A stretch of 32,000 nt of DNA from Desulfocapsa sulfexigens DSM 10523 (lineage in GTDB: Bacteria > Desulfobacterota > Desulfobulbia > Desulfobulbales > Desulfocapsaceae): contig NC_020304.1 of the NCBI RefSeq assembly GCF_000341395.1, positions 540,001 to 572,000 on the forward strand, in the 5' to 3' direction. The notes below the pieces were generated by a model. That model was not told the origin of the DNA. It made no database searches and saw only the letters and a list, made by a program, of their open reading frames with translations. Position numbers and translations under genes: made by a program. Every line of letters starts with the position of its first letter. Position 1 is the first letter of the stretch. Below, piece by piece: positions 17,524 through 28,418 of the stretch.

Positions 17524-17985
17524 AAATGGGTGAAGTCCTGCCATTAAAACAGACGATTCATACTTATTCAACGAATAATTATGCTACCTAACTGATAATT
17601 CAAATGATTTTTTTTAATAATGTGCGGTGGCAAAGGGTAACTATCGTGCAATATAGGCAGGTTTAGATGTTTTCTGATGCTCCCACACCTCAACAAGTGA
17701 TAGTAGTGCTCATCTACCTGTTTGAGCAAAATAAGAGATCGACGGTTGAAGTACCAAATTCCACTACAAATCAACTTAGCTGAGCTTTCCACCGCCTATA
17801 CAGCTCCCCCTTTCAATAACCAGGCATAGTATATGACGAAAAACTGACAACACTATTCCGTGGGATCCCATTATACTTGATTTATTGTTCAACAATTGGT
17901 AATCGTAATCAGTCTCACAATCCCACAACGTGGCACTATGGTGTTTTGTCATTACCTACAATGCAAATATTAATAGGAGGCAATT

Positions 17986-18867
17986 ATGACTAAAGAATCT
18001 ATCGATCCTAAGGTTTATGATTTATACGATGAATACTGTCATACACAGATGACAAGGAGGGATTTCCTCAACAAAGCATCGATGCTTGTTGTTGCAAGTG
18101 GGTCGGCCCTGGTTATGGCTGAAGCATTGTTCCCTCGTTATGCAGAAGCTCAAACGATCTCTTTTACTGACAAACGCATCAAACCCAGATACGTTGAATA
18201 TGACTCCCCAGGTGGTTCATCCGGGAAAATGCGTGGATATTTGGTGACGCCTGCCAGTGAAGGTCCTTTTCCAGCCGTTTTAGTTATCCATGAAAATAGA
18301 GGGTTGAATCCTTATATAGAAGATGTCGCCCGTCGATTTGCAGTGGAGGGGTTCATTACGCTCGCCCCAGATGGATTGGCACCGATTGGTGGTTATCCCG
18401 GCAACGACGATGATGGCAAAGTCATGCAGAAATCCTTAGACAAAGACAAACTTTTTACCGATATGCTAAACAGCGCCAAGTTTTTAAAAGGACATGAATT
18501 GTCTAATGGAAAGTTGGGAGCGACAGGCTTCTGTTATGGTGGTGGTGTTGTTAATGAGCTTGCCGTAACTATGGGTGCGGATCTGAATGCCGGAGTTCCG
18601 TTTTATGGTGTAGCCCCAGTTCTTGAAAATGTAGCCAAAATCCGAGCGCCTCTTATGTTGAATTACGCTGAAGATGATCCACGGGTGAATACTACTCAGA
18701 AAGTATATAAAGAGGCTTTGAAGGGGAATAATAAAAATTTTGTCATGCATACTTACGAAGGCACCAGACACGGCTTCCATAACGACTCTACGCCTCGCTA
18801 CAATGAAGTGCAGGCTGAGCTTGCCTGGAAACGTACCATTTCCTTTTTTAAGGAGCAGCTCATTTAA
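17986..18867 (+). CDS. Dienelactone hydrolase family protein with Tat-like signal
   Basis: 'MTRRDFLNKASMLVVASGSALVMAEALFP' twin-arginine signal; 'PAVLVIHENRGLNPYIEDVARRFAVEGFITLAPD', 'GATGFCYGGGVV', 'YEGTRHGFHND'. Confidence 0.92.
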   Translation: MTKESIDPKVYDLYDEYCHTQMTRRDFLNKASMLVVASGSALVMAEALFPRYAEAQTISFTDKRIKPRYVEYDSPGGSSGKMRGYLVTPASEGPFPAVLVIHENRGLNPYIEDVARRFAVEGFITLAPDGLAPIGGYPGNDDDGKVMQKSLDKDKLFTDMLNSAKFLKGHELSNGKLGATGFCYGGGVVNELAVTMGADLNAGVPFYGVAPVLENVAKIRAPLMLNYAEDDPRVNTTQKVYKEALKGNNKNFVMHTYEGTRHGFHNDSTPRYNEVQAELAWKRTISFFKEQLI

Positions 18868-19321
18868 GTGGGAATACTCAAAATTGACATATGCTGAACG
18901 ACCTTCCTATCAGTGAAGAACTGTTCAACATATGTCAAAAAAAATGAGCAGAATTATCTTAAGGTAAACTTGCCCCTGTCCACCTGAGAACCTACGTGGA
19001 TTTATGATTCTAAATCCTTCCTCAAGCGATTTCCGAAGATCAACTTCTAAAACTGCCCTGCATTTCTCACAATAAAATATCGTTAAGACAGGGGAGAAAT
19101 CACGCCCGGATAGAGGTACCCCTGAGTGGTAATCATGTCCCGTGTCAGGTAGAAAAGATGTCTAAAAACATTTTTTTAGCGAATAAACCCAGGTTTTTAG
19201 CATTTTTTCATTGCTTTCTGGTTGTTTATTGGTGATTTTTTTATAAAATCTGGTATGCTGACCGCCAATATAGTACAAAGAGGTGCTAATCTAGAATAAT
19301 TTTAACCATGGAAAATTAACG

Positions 19322-19714
19322 ATGAAAAGAGTACTGACATTATCCTTCTTGCTGATCTTCATGTTAGCCTTTACCGGTTGTAGCGATAACGACGACGATT
19401 CAAGCACAGCAACAAATTCAGCCACCGGTTCCGGCGTTGCTATCCCTAGCTCCTCGGAAGATGGGCTCTACTGGGGAAGGCATAATGGAAACAGACCTCA
19501 CTGGTATTATTCCATGGCAATGCGTGATTACCCGAATGACTTCTATCTTACCGTCCAGGGATGCACCACAAGACTTGCAGTTAATCGCAATGGAACAACT
19601 CGTGTTGAGCTGGGTGGCTATCTTCTCAAACAGTCTGACGTTCCAGGACGTGGCATGGTTGTTCTTGGGCCAAGTTCGTGCTACTCGAGGGTTTCTTATA
19701 TTGAGTTTCAATAA
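19322..19714 (+). CDS. Small hypothetical lipoprotein
   Basis: Signal peptide with lipobox 'MLAFTGCS', followed by a D/S/T-rich linker. Confidence 0.75.
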   Translation: MKRVLTLSFLLIFMLAFTGCSDNDDDSSTATNSATGSGVAIPSSSEDGLYWGRHNGNRPHWYYSMAMRDYPNDFYLTVQGCTTRLAVNRNGTTRVELGGYLLKQSDVPGRGMVVLGPSSCYSRVSYIEFQ

Positions 19715-19924
19715 GCAAACTTGCCCGGTAATCGCTTTTGCGGATACTCGGGCATAAGCCAGGCTCTGGTCTGAACTCCTCCAGGGAAAATCAAAGCGGG
19801 AATAGATTCTATAAACACTCAGAATTTATTCCCGTTTTTTGTTTATCTGTAACCTTTTTCTTGCACTCAGCCCCGTCAAAAACACACGCTTACACCAGTT
19901 AGCAAGGTAGTAACTGGTACATTC

Positions 19925-21310
19925 ATGATCACCGACACTTCCTCCCCATTAAACACCCATCCTGACAGTCACGTGATAACAACAATTGACAAATCTGCTT
20001 TGCCCGTTGCCTTCTTTGAACGAGACTTATGTGCCCGTACTGCTACCTGTCTCGGCGTCTGTCCCGAGAATGCTATTTCACTCGATGAGAATTATTACCC
20101 TGTGCTCGACGAGACTACATGTACCGCATGCGGCAAATGTCGAGAAGTCTGCCCCGGTGGCCAGGTTAATTTTGAAAAACTCAGCCAGCAAAGTTTCGGA
20201 ATCAGTGATGATTTCAGTTTTGACGGTCATTGCGAAGAAATTTTAGTCGGTCACGCACTGGATTCGTCAATACTTGAGAAAGCTACCGGCGGCGGTATCA
20301 TAACCGCTCTTGCTATCATGCTACTGGAAAGCGGGGAAGTAGATGGATGCGTAGTCACGCGTATGCGTACAGACAAACCCTGGATGGGTGAACCGTTTAT
20401 CGCAACCAGCCGCGAGGAAATCCTAACAAGTGCGGGATCGCGTTACACAGTCATCCCTCTCAACAAAACCCTCCACACCATCCGCCAGCAGGAAGGCAAA
20501 TACGCCATTGTCGGTCTTCCCTGCCACAACCATGGCTTACGTAATGCCATGGCTCAGGATGAAGTTCTGGCTGCCAGGATTAAAGTTATTATCGGCACCT
20601 TCTGCGGTGGTACACTGGAACCCGTCGTCGTTCCCGAATTGCTGAGAACAAAAAATATCCCCCTTGACTCGATAACTAATTTTGAATTTCGCGGTGGTGC
20701 ATGGCCCGGCCAGATGCGAGCAGTATTCAAGGACAAACCGCCACAGGCTGTCCACTATTCGAACTACAAAGATGGTGCGTACAATTACCTGATAGGTATC
20801 TACCTCCCAAGACGCTGCCAGGTTTGCTACGACGGTTCCAATTTATTTGCAGATATAGCCGTTGGCGATGCATGGACACGTGATGAAAGTGGCAAATACA
20901 AGTACAATTCGCAATCACGTGTATTTGTACGCAGTGATCTTGGCAAAAGAATTATCAAAAAGGCGGTGGAACGAGAGGTATTAAAGCTCAATGACGTAAC
21001 CCAGGATCCGAGCTACAAAACCCACAGGATGCGTACCCAGCGCAAAGGACTGAACGCACCATTACGTCACGCCCGCTGGCAGAAAAAAGGCATCCCCGTA
21101 CCGCAATACGATCGTCCTCTGCCCCATGCCAGCAACTGGGAAAAACTGACTGAAATCTTGATTTCAATGTTCCTCTGGACAGGACAGGTCCCCTGGTTGC
21201 GTTACGCAATCACCAAGACACTTACTTCAAAAGCCATGATTCCTTTGATCAAGCTACGACTCTGGCGAAAAAAACGGAAATATCTAAAACGGGCCACGTC
21301 CAAAGGGTAG
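19925..21310 (+). CDS. Coenzyme F420 hydrogenase/dehydrogenase beta-subunit (FrhB) family iron-sulfur protein
   Basis: N-terminal 4Fe-4S motifs 'CLGVCPENAISLDENYYPVLDETTCTACGKCREVCPGG'; 'ATGGGIITALAIMLLESGEVDGCV', 'GLPCHNHGLRNA', 'GTFCGG', 'RRCQVCYDGSNLFADIAVGDAW'. Confidence 0.92.
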   Translation: MITDTSSPLNTHPDSHVITTIDKSALPVAFFERDLCARTATCLGVCPENAISLDENYYPVLDETTCTACGKCREVCPGGQVNFEKLSQQSFGISDDFSFDGHCEEILVGHALDSSILEKATGGGIITALAIMLLESGEVDGCVVTRMRTDKPWMGEPFIATSREEILTSAGSRYTVIPLNKTLHTIRQQEGKYAIVGLPCHNHGLRNAMAQDEVLAARIKVIIGTFCGGTLEPVVVPELLRTKNIPLDSITNFEFRGGAWPGQMRAVFKDKPPQAVHYSNYKDGAYNYLIGIYLPRRCQVCYDGSNLFADIAVGDAWTRDESGKYKYNSQSRVFVRSDLGKRIIKKAVEREVLKLNDVTQDPSYKTHRMRTQRKGLNAPLRHARWQKKGIPVPQYDRPLPHASNWEKLTEILISMFLWTGQVPWLRYAITKTLTSKAMIPLIKLRLWRKKRKYLKRATSKG

Positions 21311-21560
21311 CTCCAGGCTACTCTCCCTGTGCTGCTCTCCGGGTCAACGGCCTGGCTGGCCGGCTCATCCCCCTGACCTTGAAAGCCCCCCGCTTTTCCT
21401 CCACCCTGTGTTACAACGGACAAGCCCCTAAAAATCGGTATATTTGTATTCATTATTACTGACGGTAAATATTTTTGTTCTCCTGTCCGATACAGACAGA
21501 ACGATAACTGTTTGTTGATTGTTTAAACTTTCTGCCCCCACAGAAAAGAAGAGAGGAATT

Positions 21561-22535
21561 ATGAGTATAACAGATACGGCAACCGGACTAAGCCCCTATA
21601 CAACTATCCCACAACTGAACAATACACTTACCACTGCCGCCGAACAAACTCAGGCGGTAAGCTCTGTGGAAGGTGATTCCTCGGGAGTCGCCAATGATTC
21701 TGGTAGTCAAAATGAAGCGCTTTCCTCATTCGAGGCAGTTCTCAGTAAACTGCTACCAGGAACTGGAGGCTCAGGAGATAAAGTCAATGAAGAGCAACTT
21801 TTTTCAGCTCTCCTTGAAGAACGACTAACAACCTTAAAAGGTCCTGAACTGGCAGCAACCTATAGTCAATATTTTGAGGAAAACAAGAGTCAAATGACTA
21901 CTGCCGATGGCTATGTCCCGGTTGAAACTGCAGCCAGAGAGGCGTTGCGAAGTCTGGTGGCTGACGGTTCTCTCACCACGGAAGAGGCTGAGGAAATTCA
22001 TGCACAGGCCTTTCAGGCCGCACAAATTGACGACAACAAGGGCGCACTTTACGACAGCTTTGGAACAACCATGGCCGTAACCCTGGTTGAGATGGCAATG
22101 CGATCTTCCAGTGCCATGATGGCAAGCTTTGATTCCGGAGAGCTAGAGGCAGGACGCCTCTCTCTCGACTTCCTTCAAGAATCAGGCCCTGCACAATTTA
22201 ACAGCGCCAATTCGATTTCCGCATCAAATGAGTCCGCTGAATTTGTTGGTGGCGATGGTTTCCTTTTCAAACCGGTTTCTGAAAAAAATGGGAACCTCGT
22301 CGTATTATTACCAGCAACCATGTCTGGCCAGATCAAAGATGTTTCCCTTGTCGATAACAGCGGACAGACAATAGAAACTGGAGATGCATTTGAGGATTTC
22401 GAGGACGGTCGCCCCGTATTCAGATTCGATCAGGCGGGTGGCAGTTATCCTTCCAATATCACGGTGACGGTAACAATGATTGATGGAAGTGAAAAACAGT
22501 ATAACATTGCCAACCCCGGTCAACGCTATGCATAG
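21561..22535 (+). CDS. Hypothetical protein (324 aa)
   Basis: GAGAGGAATTATG RBS/start at 21561; acidic low-complexity N-terminal region; no domain recognised. Confidence 0.75.
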   Translation: MSITDTATGLSPYTTIPQLNNTLTTAAEQTQAVSSVEGDSSGVANDSGSQNEALSSFEAVLSKLLPGTGGSGDKVNEEQLFSALLEERLTTLKGPELAATYSQYFEENKSQMTTADGYVPVETAAREALRSLVADGSLTTEEAEEIHAQAFQAAQIDDNKGALYDSFGTTMAVTLVEMAMRSSSAMMASFDSGELEAGRLSLDFLQESGPAQFNSANSISASNESAEFVGGDGFLFKPVSEKNGNLVVLLPATMSGQIKDVSLVDNSGQTIETGDAFEDFEDGRPVFRFDQAGGSYPSNITVTVTMIDGSEKQYNIANPGQRYA

Positions 22536-22580
22536 GAGGAATAAAGCAGAGAGTACTGTTTGGTATTTGCGGATTCTCTT

Positions 22581-23045
22581 TTAGCAGTCTCCGTACACGA
22601 TTACCCTGTCTGCTCTATATTTGTAGCTTTTTCCATCCTTTACGCAGTTAATATCTCCCTTTGGTACTCTGGTCATATTCCAGTATATGACCCGACCATT
22701 ATCATACCCGTGGAAAGGGATACTCACGCCATCGGAAGTGCATTTTTCAAAGCCCATGACCTGCCCCGGGCAAAGTACTAATGACTTGCCGCCATCGCTA
22801 GATCCAGTTGTGGTGTGATGAAATCTCGATTCATAGCTGGTCGCTTCAGGCACGGACTCTTCCTTTGGTTCCGATGCCACTTGTGGTGCTGTCCCTGTTG
22901 TAGTCGTGACAGTTGACACTTCGACGGTAGTCTCGTCATCATCTCCAGAGCCACTGACGGAGTCGACAAGTTCGTCCCAGTCATCACAGCCATTGAGTAA
23001 CAGGATAAGTGCAAACGGCAAGAGTAATCTGATCATTTTTTTCAT
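22581..23045 (-). CDS. Small hypothetical lipoprotein
   Basis: 'MKKMIRLLLPFALILLLNGCDD' lipobox and Thr/Val-rich linker. Confidence 0.8.
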   Translation of the reverse strand: MKKMIRLLLPFALILLLNGCDDWDELVDSVSGSGDDDETTVEVSTVTTTTGTAPQVASEPKEESVPEATSYESRFHHTTTGSSDGGKSLVLCPGQVMGFEKCTSDGVSIPFHGYDNGRVIYWNMTRVPKGDINCVKDGKSYKYRADRVIVYGDC

Positions 23046-23167
23046 AGGTCGCCCTCAAAACTAGAATAGTGGTGCCATAAGACATCTCATAAAGATACTT
23101 AGCTGGCCTACAATGTATCAGCTGTGTCAGCTTTCAGACACATTACATGGAGTAAATAAACAAAGTA

Positions 23168-23803
23168 TTAGTGATTGATCATAAAATGCTGGGTTACAAG
23201 TTCAATACCATCAAGATGTATTTCGACACTCCACCTGCCGTTAATTCCACCCTTGTATTCGTCACCGGTTATTAATTCTGTGATAGCCCCATTTTTTATA
23301 AGTTTCAACCAAAAGAAGGAACGATACTGTCGGGAAGGCAAGGTTAATGAGATCGTATGCCTGGAGGTGTTGATAAGACGGCCGTTTGGAGCCTTCCAGA
23401 GAGCCGATAAATAATGTTTTCCTGCCTCAAGCTGATGAAACTCCATAAGCAGAAAAATCCTCTCGGAAGGATCAAAGGAGTACCGCTCATGAAGGAACTC
23501 CTCATCCCCATACATTTTAACAGATAAGGACTGGGCACGTTCCAGATCCAGATTACTCTGACCGGTTATACCGTCATCCGTCTCGGAGGAGGTGGGAGGA
23601 GGAGACACTGCAATGCTTGCATGTGTAGAGGCTTCATCCTGTACACTCAACGGGTTAACCCTGATAGTCGACTCGACAACACGATGTTCACTGATGGCCG
23701 GCGTCTGGGAGTCTGGGAACAAGCGATAGAAAACCAGCACAGCAACAGCAAGCAACAGAAGGGCTATAACTATCCGTCTTCCTGACAACTCTACTTTCAT
23801 CAA
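23168..23803 (-). CDS. Hypothetical protein with N-terminal TM anchor
   Basis: 'RIVIALLLLAVAVLVFYRLF' TM; stop/start overlap (4 nt) between this gene and the upstream 23800..24969 gene suggests an operon. Confidence 0.75.
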   Translation of the reverse strand: MMKVELSGRRIVIALLLLAVAVLVFYRLFPDSQTPAISEHRVVESTIRVNPLSVQDEASTHASIAVSPPPTSSETDDGITGQSNLDLERAQSLSVKMYGDEEFLHERYSFDPSERIFLLMEFHQLEAGKHYLSALWKAPNGRLINTSRHTISLTLPSRQYRSFFWLKLIKNGAITELITGDEYKGGINGRWSVEIHLDGIELVTQHFMINH

Positions 23804-24969
23804 TCCAGAAGCTGTAGGACACGATTGACACTGTCACGTGCCTTCTTTTTTTCTATCTCCACAACGGGTAGCATCTCTTTACTCAATCGATCTCTATCAT
23901 CCCAGGCTCTTCGCATTATGGCTGACAGATTCTCAACACTCAGGTCAGCAAGGGCGATTCTCCAGTCACCCATGCCAACGGTTTTCAGAAAACCCGCACT
24001 TTTCGGATAGGCATCGATGCTGATCATAGGCGTGCCGACCGCTGCACAAAAAATCAGAGTATGGGTGCGCAAGCCCGCATGAACTCCGACTTTACCCAGT
24101 AATCCGGCTAACTCCTGATAGGTATAATCCTTGTTACCAACCACCCTGACCCTGTCCTTCCGTCTGACCTGTTCCACACACTCCAGAGTAATTTTCATGT
24201 CCATAATCTGGGTTACGGTGAACAGGACATCAACATCCAGCGCCTCAATCAAGGCATCAGCTGTACCGGCGATAACCTTGCAGAATTCGCCACGATCAAG
24301 TGTTCCTGTCTGACTCCAGTTATCTATATAGGCATTGACATTCAGCCCGACACTGCCGTTTGGCCCCTTAAACAGATCCTCTTTGGCGATAATTTCATTC
24401 AGGCGCTCCTCTGAGGGAAATTGAGTATTGAGGGCGCAATCGGCATGAACCACGATTTCCGGATGACGCAGTTCCAGCTTTTCTATCAGCTCCTTCGTCT
24501 GTCTGTCCCTGGTTATTACAAGGGGACAGGCATCGAGAACCGTCTGTAAAGCCTCCGCCCCCACCTGGTGATCAATGGGGCCGATACTGGAATTATAGAG
24601 AACAATGGGAATCCCTTTTTTCTTACAAAACCTTGAAAAGAGAGCTATTGACTTGAGGTTATTAACAAATGGGTTATTAAACTTCCGATCAAAGAGGATA
24701 TTGTCGGTGACAAGCACCATCTCGGTGTTGGTCATTGCCCGATACAGGGGCCAGCCCAGATTTTTGAGTGCAAAATTCCATGGCATCATCCCCATGGGAC
24801 GAACCGGATGATGTCCAAAATGGGTTTGGATAAAACGGGTGTTTAAGGTCGGAATCTGAAAAAGAATATCAGAACGCTCAAGCGCAAAATCATCCAACAG
24901 ATTTCCGAGAATTGCGTTGTCGCCTGCATTGCGTCCCGAGTTATTGCCAAGAACAGTTATGGTTTTCAT
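23800..24969 (-). CDS. Polysaccharide pyruvyl transferase family protein
   Basis: 'NSGRNAGDNAILGNLLDDF', 'GVHAGLRTHTLIFCAAVGTPMISIDAYPKSAGFLKTVGM'. Confidence 0.87.
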   Translation of the reverse strand: MKTITVLGNNSGRNAGDNAILGNLLDDFALERSDILFQIPTLNTRFIQTHFGHHPVRPMGMMPWNFALKNLGWPLYRAMTNTEMVLVTDNILFDRKFNNPFVNNLKSIALFSRFCKKKGIPIVLYNSSIGPIDHQVGAEALQTVLDACPLVITRDRQTKELIEKLELRHPEIVVHADCALNTQFPSEERLNEIIAKEDLFKGPNGSVGLNVNAYIDNWSQTGTLDRGEFCKVIAGTADALIEALDVDVLFTVTQIMDMKITLECVEQVRRKDRVRVVGNKDYTYQELAGLLGKVGVHAGLRTHTLIFCAAVGTPMISIDAYPKSAGFLKTVGMGDWRIALADLSVENLSAIMRRAWDDRDRLSKEMLPVVEIEKKKARDSVNRVLQLLD

Positions 24970-24988
24970 GAATTCCTTATTTCAAATG

Positions 24989-26011
24989 CTATGGCTGCAA
25001 CCAGCCCTGTTCCACATACCAGTCAGCTGTCTCAATAATGCCCTCTTTATTCCCATGCCTTGGTGTATACCCCAAAACATCACGCATCTTACTTATATCA
25101 AAATTGCGGTCTTTAGAATAAAAGGCGACTCTTCTTCTGTATATGGGCGGTTCAATTTTAAAAGGCTTGCAAATGGCCTCACAGATATCACCAGCGAGAA
25201 AGAACGGCCCTATGGGAAGGCGGATCGTTTTAATCTTTCTGGAAAAATGCTCAGCAACTATGGCCGCGATATCAGCAATGGCAATGGGTTCATTAGCACC
25301 ACTGATAAAAGTCTCTCCAAGGGCCGCCGGATGAGTCGCTGCAATAATAAATGAATTCGTCAAGTCGTCCACATGGACAAGATGATACATGCATTTGCCC
25401 TTTCCCAACAGCAGGAAGTAGGGCTTCATCGCCATCTTGAAAAGCTTGAGAAGGCGCTTGTCACCAGGGCCATAGATAGCAGCAGGACGGATGATGGTAT
25501 AGGGAAAATCCTTATCGGCAGCAAATGCATTGAGCCATTCTTCGGCCTGAAGCTTTGTACGCTGATAGCCATCACCGGGACTGAAGGGATACTCCTCGGT
25601 TGCCGGAGGATTTTCTATATGACCATGTACACCTATGGTTGAAATGTGAATATATCGCTCGAAGTTTGGATTCTTTAGAACCTCTTCACAAATAATCTGG
25701 GTACTTTTAACATGAACATCCCAGTAATCCTGCTCGGTGCTTTTTGCCTCCCGAAAAGCTGCCGCGACATGGAACACATAGCTCTGGCCACTGACGGCCT
25801 GCCGCATAATCTTTTCGTCAAAAACATCACCACGAAACCAGGTTATGTCCAGGTCAGCAAGTGGTTCGATGTTGGAACTCTCTCTGGCAACAGCGCTGAC
25901 CTTCAGCCCTGCGTCAACCAGTTTTCTGGTGAGGACTGTTCCGGTGAATCCTGTAGCACCCGTTACCAGCACAGGAGTTCCCGCAGGAATTTGGCATATC
26001 ACGTCATTCAT
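24989..26011 (-). CDS. NAD-dependent epimerase/dehydratase (extended SDR)
   Basis: 'VLVTGATGFTGTVLTRKLVDAG', 'RYIHISTIGVHG', 'YQRTKLQAE', 'YTIIRPAAIYGPGD'. Confidence 0.92.
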   Translation of the reverse strand: MNDVICQIPAGTPVLVTGATGFTGTVLTRKLVDAGLKVSAVARESSNIEPLADLDITWFRGDVFDEKIMRQAVSGQSYVFHVAAAFREAKSTEQDYWDVHVKSTQIICEEVLKNPNFERYIHISTIGVHGHIENPPATEEYPFSPGDGYQRTKLQAEEWLNAFAADKDFPYTIIRPAAIYGPGDKRLLKLFKMAMKPYFLLLGKGKCMYHLVHVDDLTNSFIIAATHPAALGETFISGANEPIAIADIAAIVAEHFSRKIKTIRLPIGPFFLAGDICEAICKPFKIEPPIYRRRVAFYSKDRNFDISKMRDVLGYTPRHGNKEGIIETADWYVEQGWLQP

Positions 26012-26119
26012 ATATAATCCACATTTGGGCTAAATTGTCAAACAGTCAAAAAATGACCGTACATAAGACCACGAGATCGGGCACGATGCAAGCTAAAAGC
26101 AACCCTGGCTTGCCATTCA

Positions 26120-26899
26120 CTACCGCTTTTTCGACCTGTTATTTTTAAAAAGACGACGTAAAGTGGGAAGAAGATGGCCACGTTTGCCACGTAATGATGG
26201 CTGCCATCCTGGTCGGGTGAGAACCGACCGTATGGAAGAGACAGGATTGGTAGAATCCAGGTCACACGCGAACTGTATACCATAACGCCCCATGACCTCC
26301 TCTTCCCCGGCAAATGGCAATGGATCCGAACCGCTGATAACAGTCAGCCCCTTTTGAGCTGCCTGTCTCATAAGCAAGGGCCTAAACCAGCATGTGGGAC
26401 GAAGTGTGGTGTCACCGATAAGTAAGGAACCGGGCCGGCTAGCGTCAAGTAGATCTTGAACAACTCTTTTCCGCTTGAAAAACCATTTCCCAGGAGCCCA
26501 GCTCAGCACCGGCACACCATTTTCCTGATGTATTCTTTTGACGACTTCACTCGCGGCCAGCCCCTCGGGTATTTGCTTATCGACTGTGAGTGCCAGTATT
26601 TCAATTCTTTCACGGGTGATAATCTGGCGACCCGGGAAAATATAAAGATCCGGATAATTCTTTTCCTTTATATGTAAGGCACTTTCAAGATATCGTACTT
26701 CTGCTTCTGCCCCTAATACCTGTGCACCGTTCTTTTCAAAATCGGCGAAGAAATTACAATCTGAGCGCTCTGCCAGAAATGCAAGACAGGTTGCCTGGCT
26801 GTCAAGTTGAGAAAGGTTGCGGCGCAGGTTATGGAGGGCCAGTTGTATGTCATACTCTGGATATATATGAACATGGGTATCAGCTGTCAGACGCATCAA
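26120..26899 (-). CDS. PHP-domain-like / metal-dependent hydrolase-like protein
   Basis: 'TADTHVHIYPEYD' metal-binding start; 'GSDPLPFAGEEEVMGRYG'. Confidence 0.6.
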   Translation of the reverse strand: MMRLTADTHVHIYPEYDIQLALHNLRRNLSQLDSQATCLAFLAERSDCNFFADFEKNGAQVLGAEAEVRYLESALHIKEKNYPDLYIFPGRQIITRERIEILALTVDKQIPEGLAASEVVKRIHQENGVPVLSWAPGKWFFKRKRVVQDLLDASRPGSLLIGDTTLRPTCWFRPLLMRQAAQKGLTVISGSDPLPFAGEEEVMGRYGIQFACDLDSTNPVSSIRSVLTRPGWQPSLRGKRGHLLPTLRRLFKNNRSKKR

Positions 26900-28079
26900 A
26901 ACTCACCTTATGAGGCTCACTCTGCAGTACAAATGTGTAACAGGCAGCCAGTTTTTCAGTATAATTGTGGAAATTATATGTGCTTTCATAGAGCTTCCGC
27001 CCCTCGCTGCCCATAGCCTCCCGCATATCTTTTTCTTCAATAAGTGAGATCATCTTCTCTGCCATATCCTTCGGTGTCGGGGCTGCTAAAGTCGCCAGAT
27101 TTTCATTGAGTATCAGACGATTTGCCTTAACATCGGTGGCCATAATCGACCGGCCAGCTTTCAAGTAATCAAGAAGTTTCAAGGGGGTATTTACACCACT
27201 TATTCGTGGCGAAAGCAGAATGTCGGAGGCGGAAAGATAGTCTGGCAGAGTGTCCGGTGCAACCATCCCGATAAAACTGACGGCATCCAGAACATTTTGC
27301 TGTTGTAAAATCTGTTTACGCTCTTCAATCTTCTTATCCGTGCCACCGATAATAATAAACCGGGCCTGAGGACAACTCTTCACCACCTCAGGGATGGATT
27401 CAATTAACAAATCAACACCCTGATATATGGCAAATGAGCCAACAAAGGTAAGAAGGATTTCATTCGGCCGTTGCTGAAGTTCTGCACGTACCAGAGCTAC
27501 TCGAGCAGGATCTGGCTCCACAAGCGATGAAGGAATATCAAAGATATGAAAGGCGCGGGTCGATGTCTTCATATCATCTACCTGCTTTGCCAACCCAGCT
27601 CCCGTACAGATTACCGCGTCAACCCGCTTTACCGTCATCCGCTCGACAAAAGCGTAACCGGAAAGGAGGATATTCTTCAAAAATCCTTTTTTATAGGAAG
27701 ACGGATCTGAATGTTTTTCAAAGATAGACTTACATGCAGCAAAGCGACCTAGCAAAACGGCTATCATTCCAGCTTCTTCAATTCCATGAATAACGAGGTA
27801 CTTGTTTTTTCGGATGAGTTGCAGTCCCCTAAAAAACAGGAGGATATCGAAAAAGATCTTATACGCGGATGGACCTATGGGAATCTGCTTGAACTGAAAA
27901 GGATTCGCCACCCTGATAATATTTACACCCGTTATGTCACGCCGTTCACCAATGGGAAGAGTCAGTAAATCCACTGAATAACCTGATTTAACAAGGGCCT
28001 GAACATTAAAACTTACACGAATAGGAGACCCTCGCCATTGAAAAAAAGGCTGTGGGGAGATAAGGAGGATTCTTTTCAT
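26880..28079 (-). CDS. Glycosyltransferase family 4 protein
   Basis: Start at internal ATG 28079 'MKRILLISPQPFFQWRGSPIRVSFNVQALVKSGYSVDLLT'; 'LTFVGSFAIYQGVDLLIESIPEV', 'ISPRISGVNTPLKLLDYLKAGRSIMATDV'. Confidence 0.92.
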   Translation of the reverse strand: MKRILLISPQPFFQWRGSPIRVSFNVQALVKSGYSVDLLTLPIGERRDITGVNIIRVANPFQFKQIPIGPSAYKIFFDILLFFRGLQLIRKNKYLVIHGIEEAGMIAVLLGRFAACKSIFEKHSDPSSYKKGFLKNILLSGYAFVERMTVKRVDAVICTGAGLAKQVDDMKTSTRAFHIFDIPSSLVEPDPARVALVRAELQQRPNEILLTFVGSFAIYQGVDLLIESIPEVVKSCPQARFIIIGGTDKKIEERKQILQQQNVLDAVSFIGMVAPDTLPDYLSASDILLSPRISGVNTPLKLLDYLKAGRSIMATDVKANRLILNENLATLAAPTPKDMAEKMISLIEEKDMREAMGSEGRKLYESTYNFHNYTEKLAACYTFVLQSEPHKVSFDASDS

Positions 28080-28154
28080 ATTGTGGCAGAATCGTTTTTT
28101 AACTGACTGAATTGTCGAAATTGAACTTACAAAGATCAGACTCAAACAGGAGCA

Positions 28155-28418
28155 ATGGGTGTTCTAAACCATTTTAATTATAAGTGTGCAATAAAAAAAC
28201 CGTTAAAACCGCCATCATACTCTATCTGCTTTACACTCCAGACCCGCGCTAATCGGACTCACCTAAGCCAAGATCTCCCTCGGAGAGATACGCAGTACTA
28301 CCAATACAGATATTTGTCGAACCAGGAAAAAGATGCGCTGGAAACGAAAGGAGTTATCTGGTATGTTGACGATTTTTCTCCTCACTCAAAAATCAGTAGC
28401 TCAGAGACACTAACATGA
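28155..28418 (+). CDS. Small hypothetical protein (87 aa), possibly coupled to the next ORF
   Basis: ATGA overlap with the 28415..28729 ORF; no domain support. Confidence 0.35.
   Translation: MGVLNHFNYKCAIKKPLKPPSYSICFTLQTRANRTHLSQDLPRRDTQYYQYRYLSNQEKDALETKGVIWYVDDFSPHSKISSSETLT

Noticed and set aside
17568-17792. 74-aa minus-strand ORF right of the transposase fragment
   Set aside because: No recognisable domain, no RBS and unusual composition; more likely IS or intergenic debris.
19050-19190. Possible c-di-GMP or other riboswitch in the stretch 'cacgcccggatagaggtacccctgagtgg'
   Set aside because: Conserved GEMM core sequences and the expected paired stems could not be matched by eye.
20537-21453. 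Minus-strand ORFs of 63-83 aa
   Set aside because: Antisense to the FrhB-like gene or spanning its 3' end, with no domain content.
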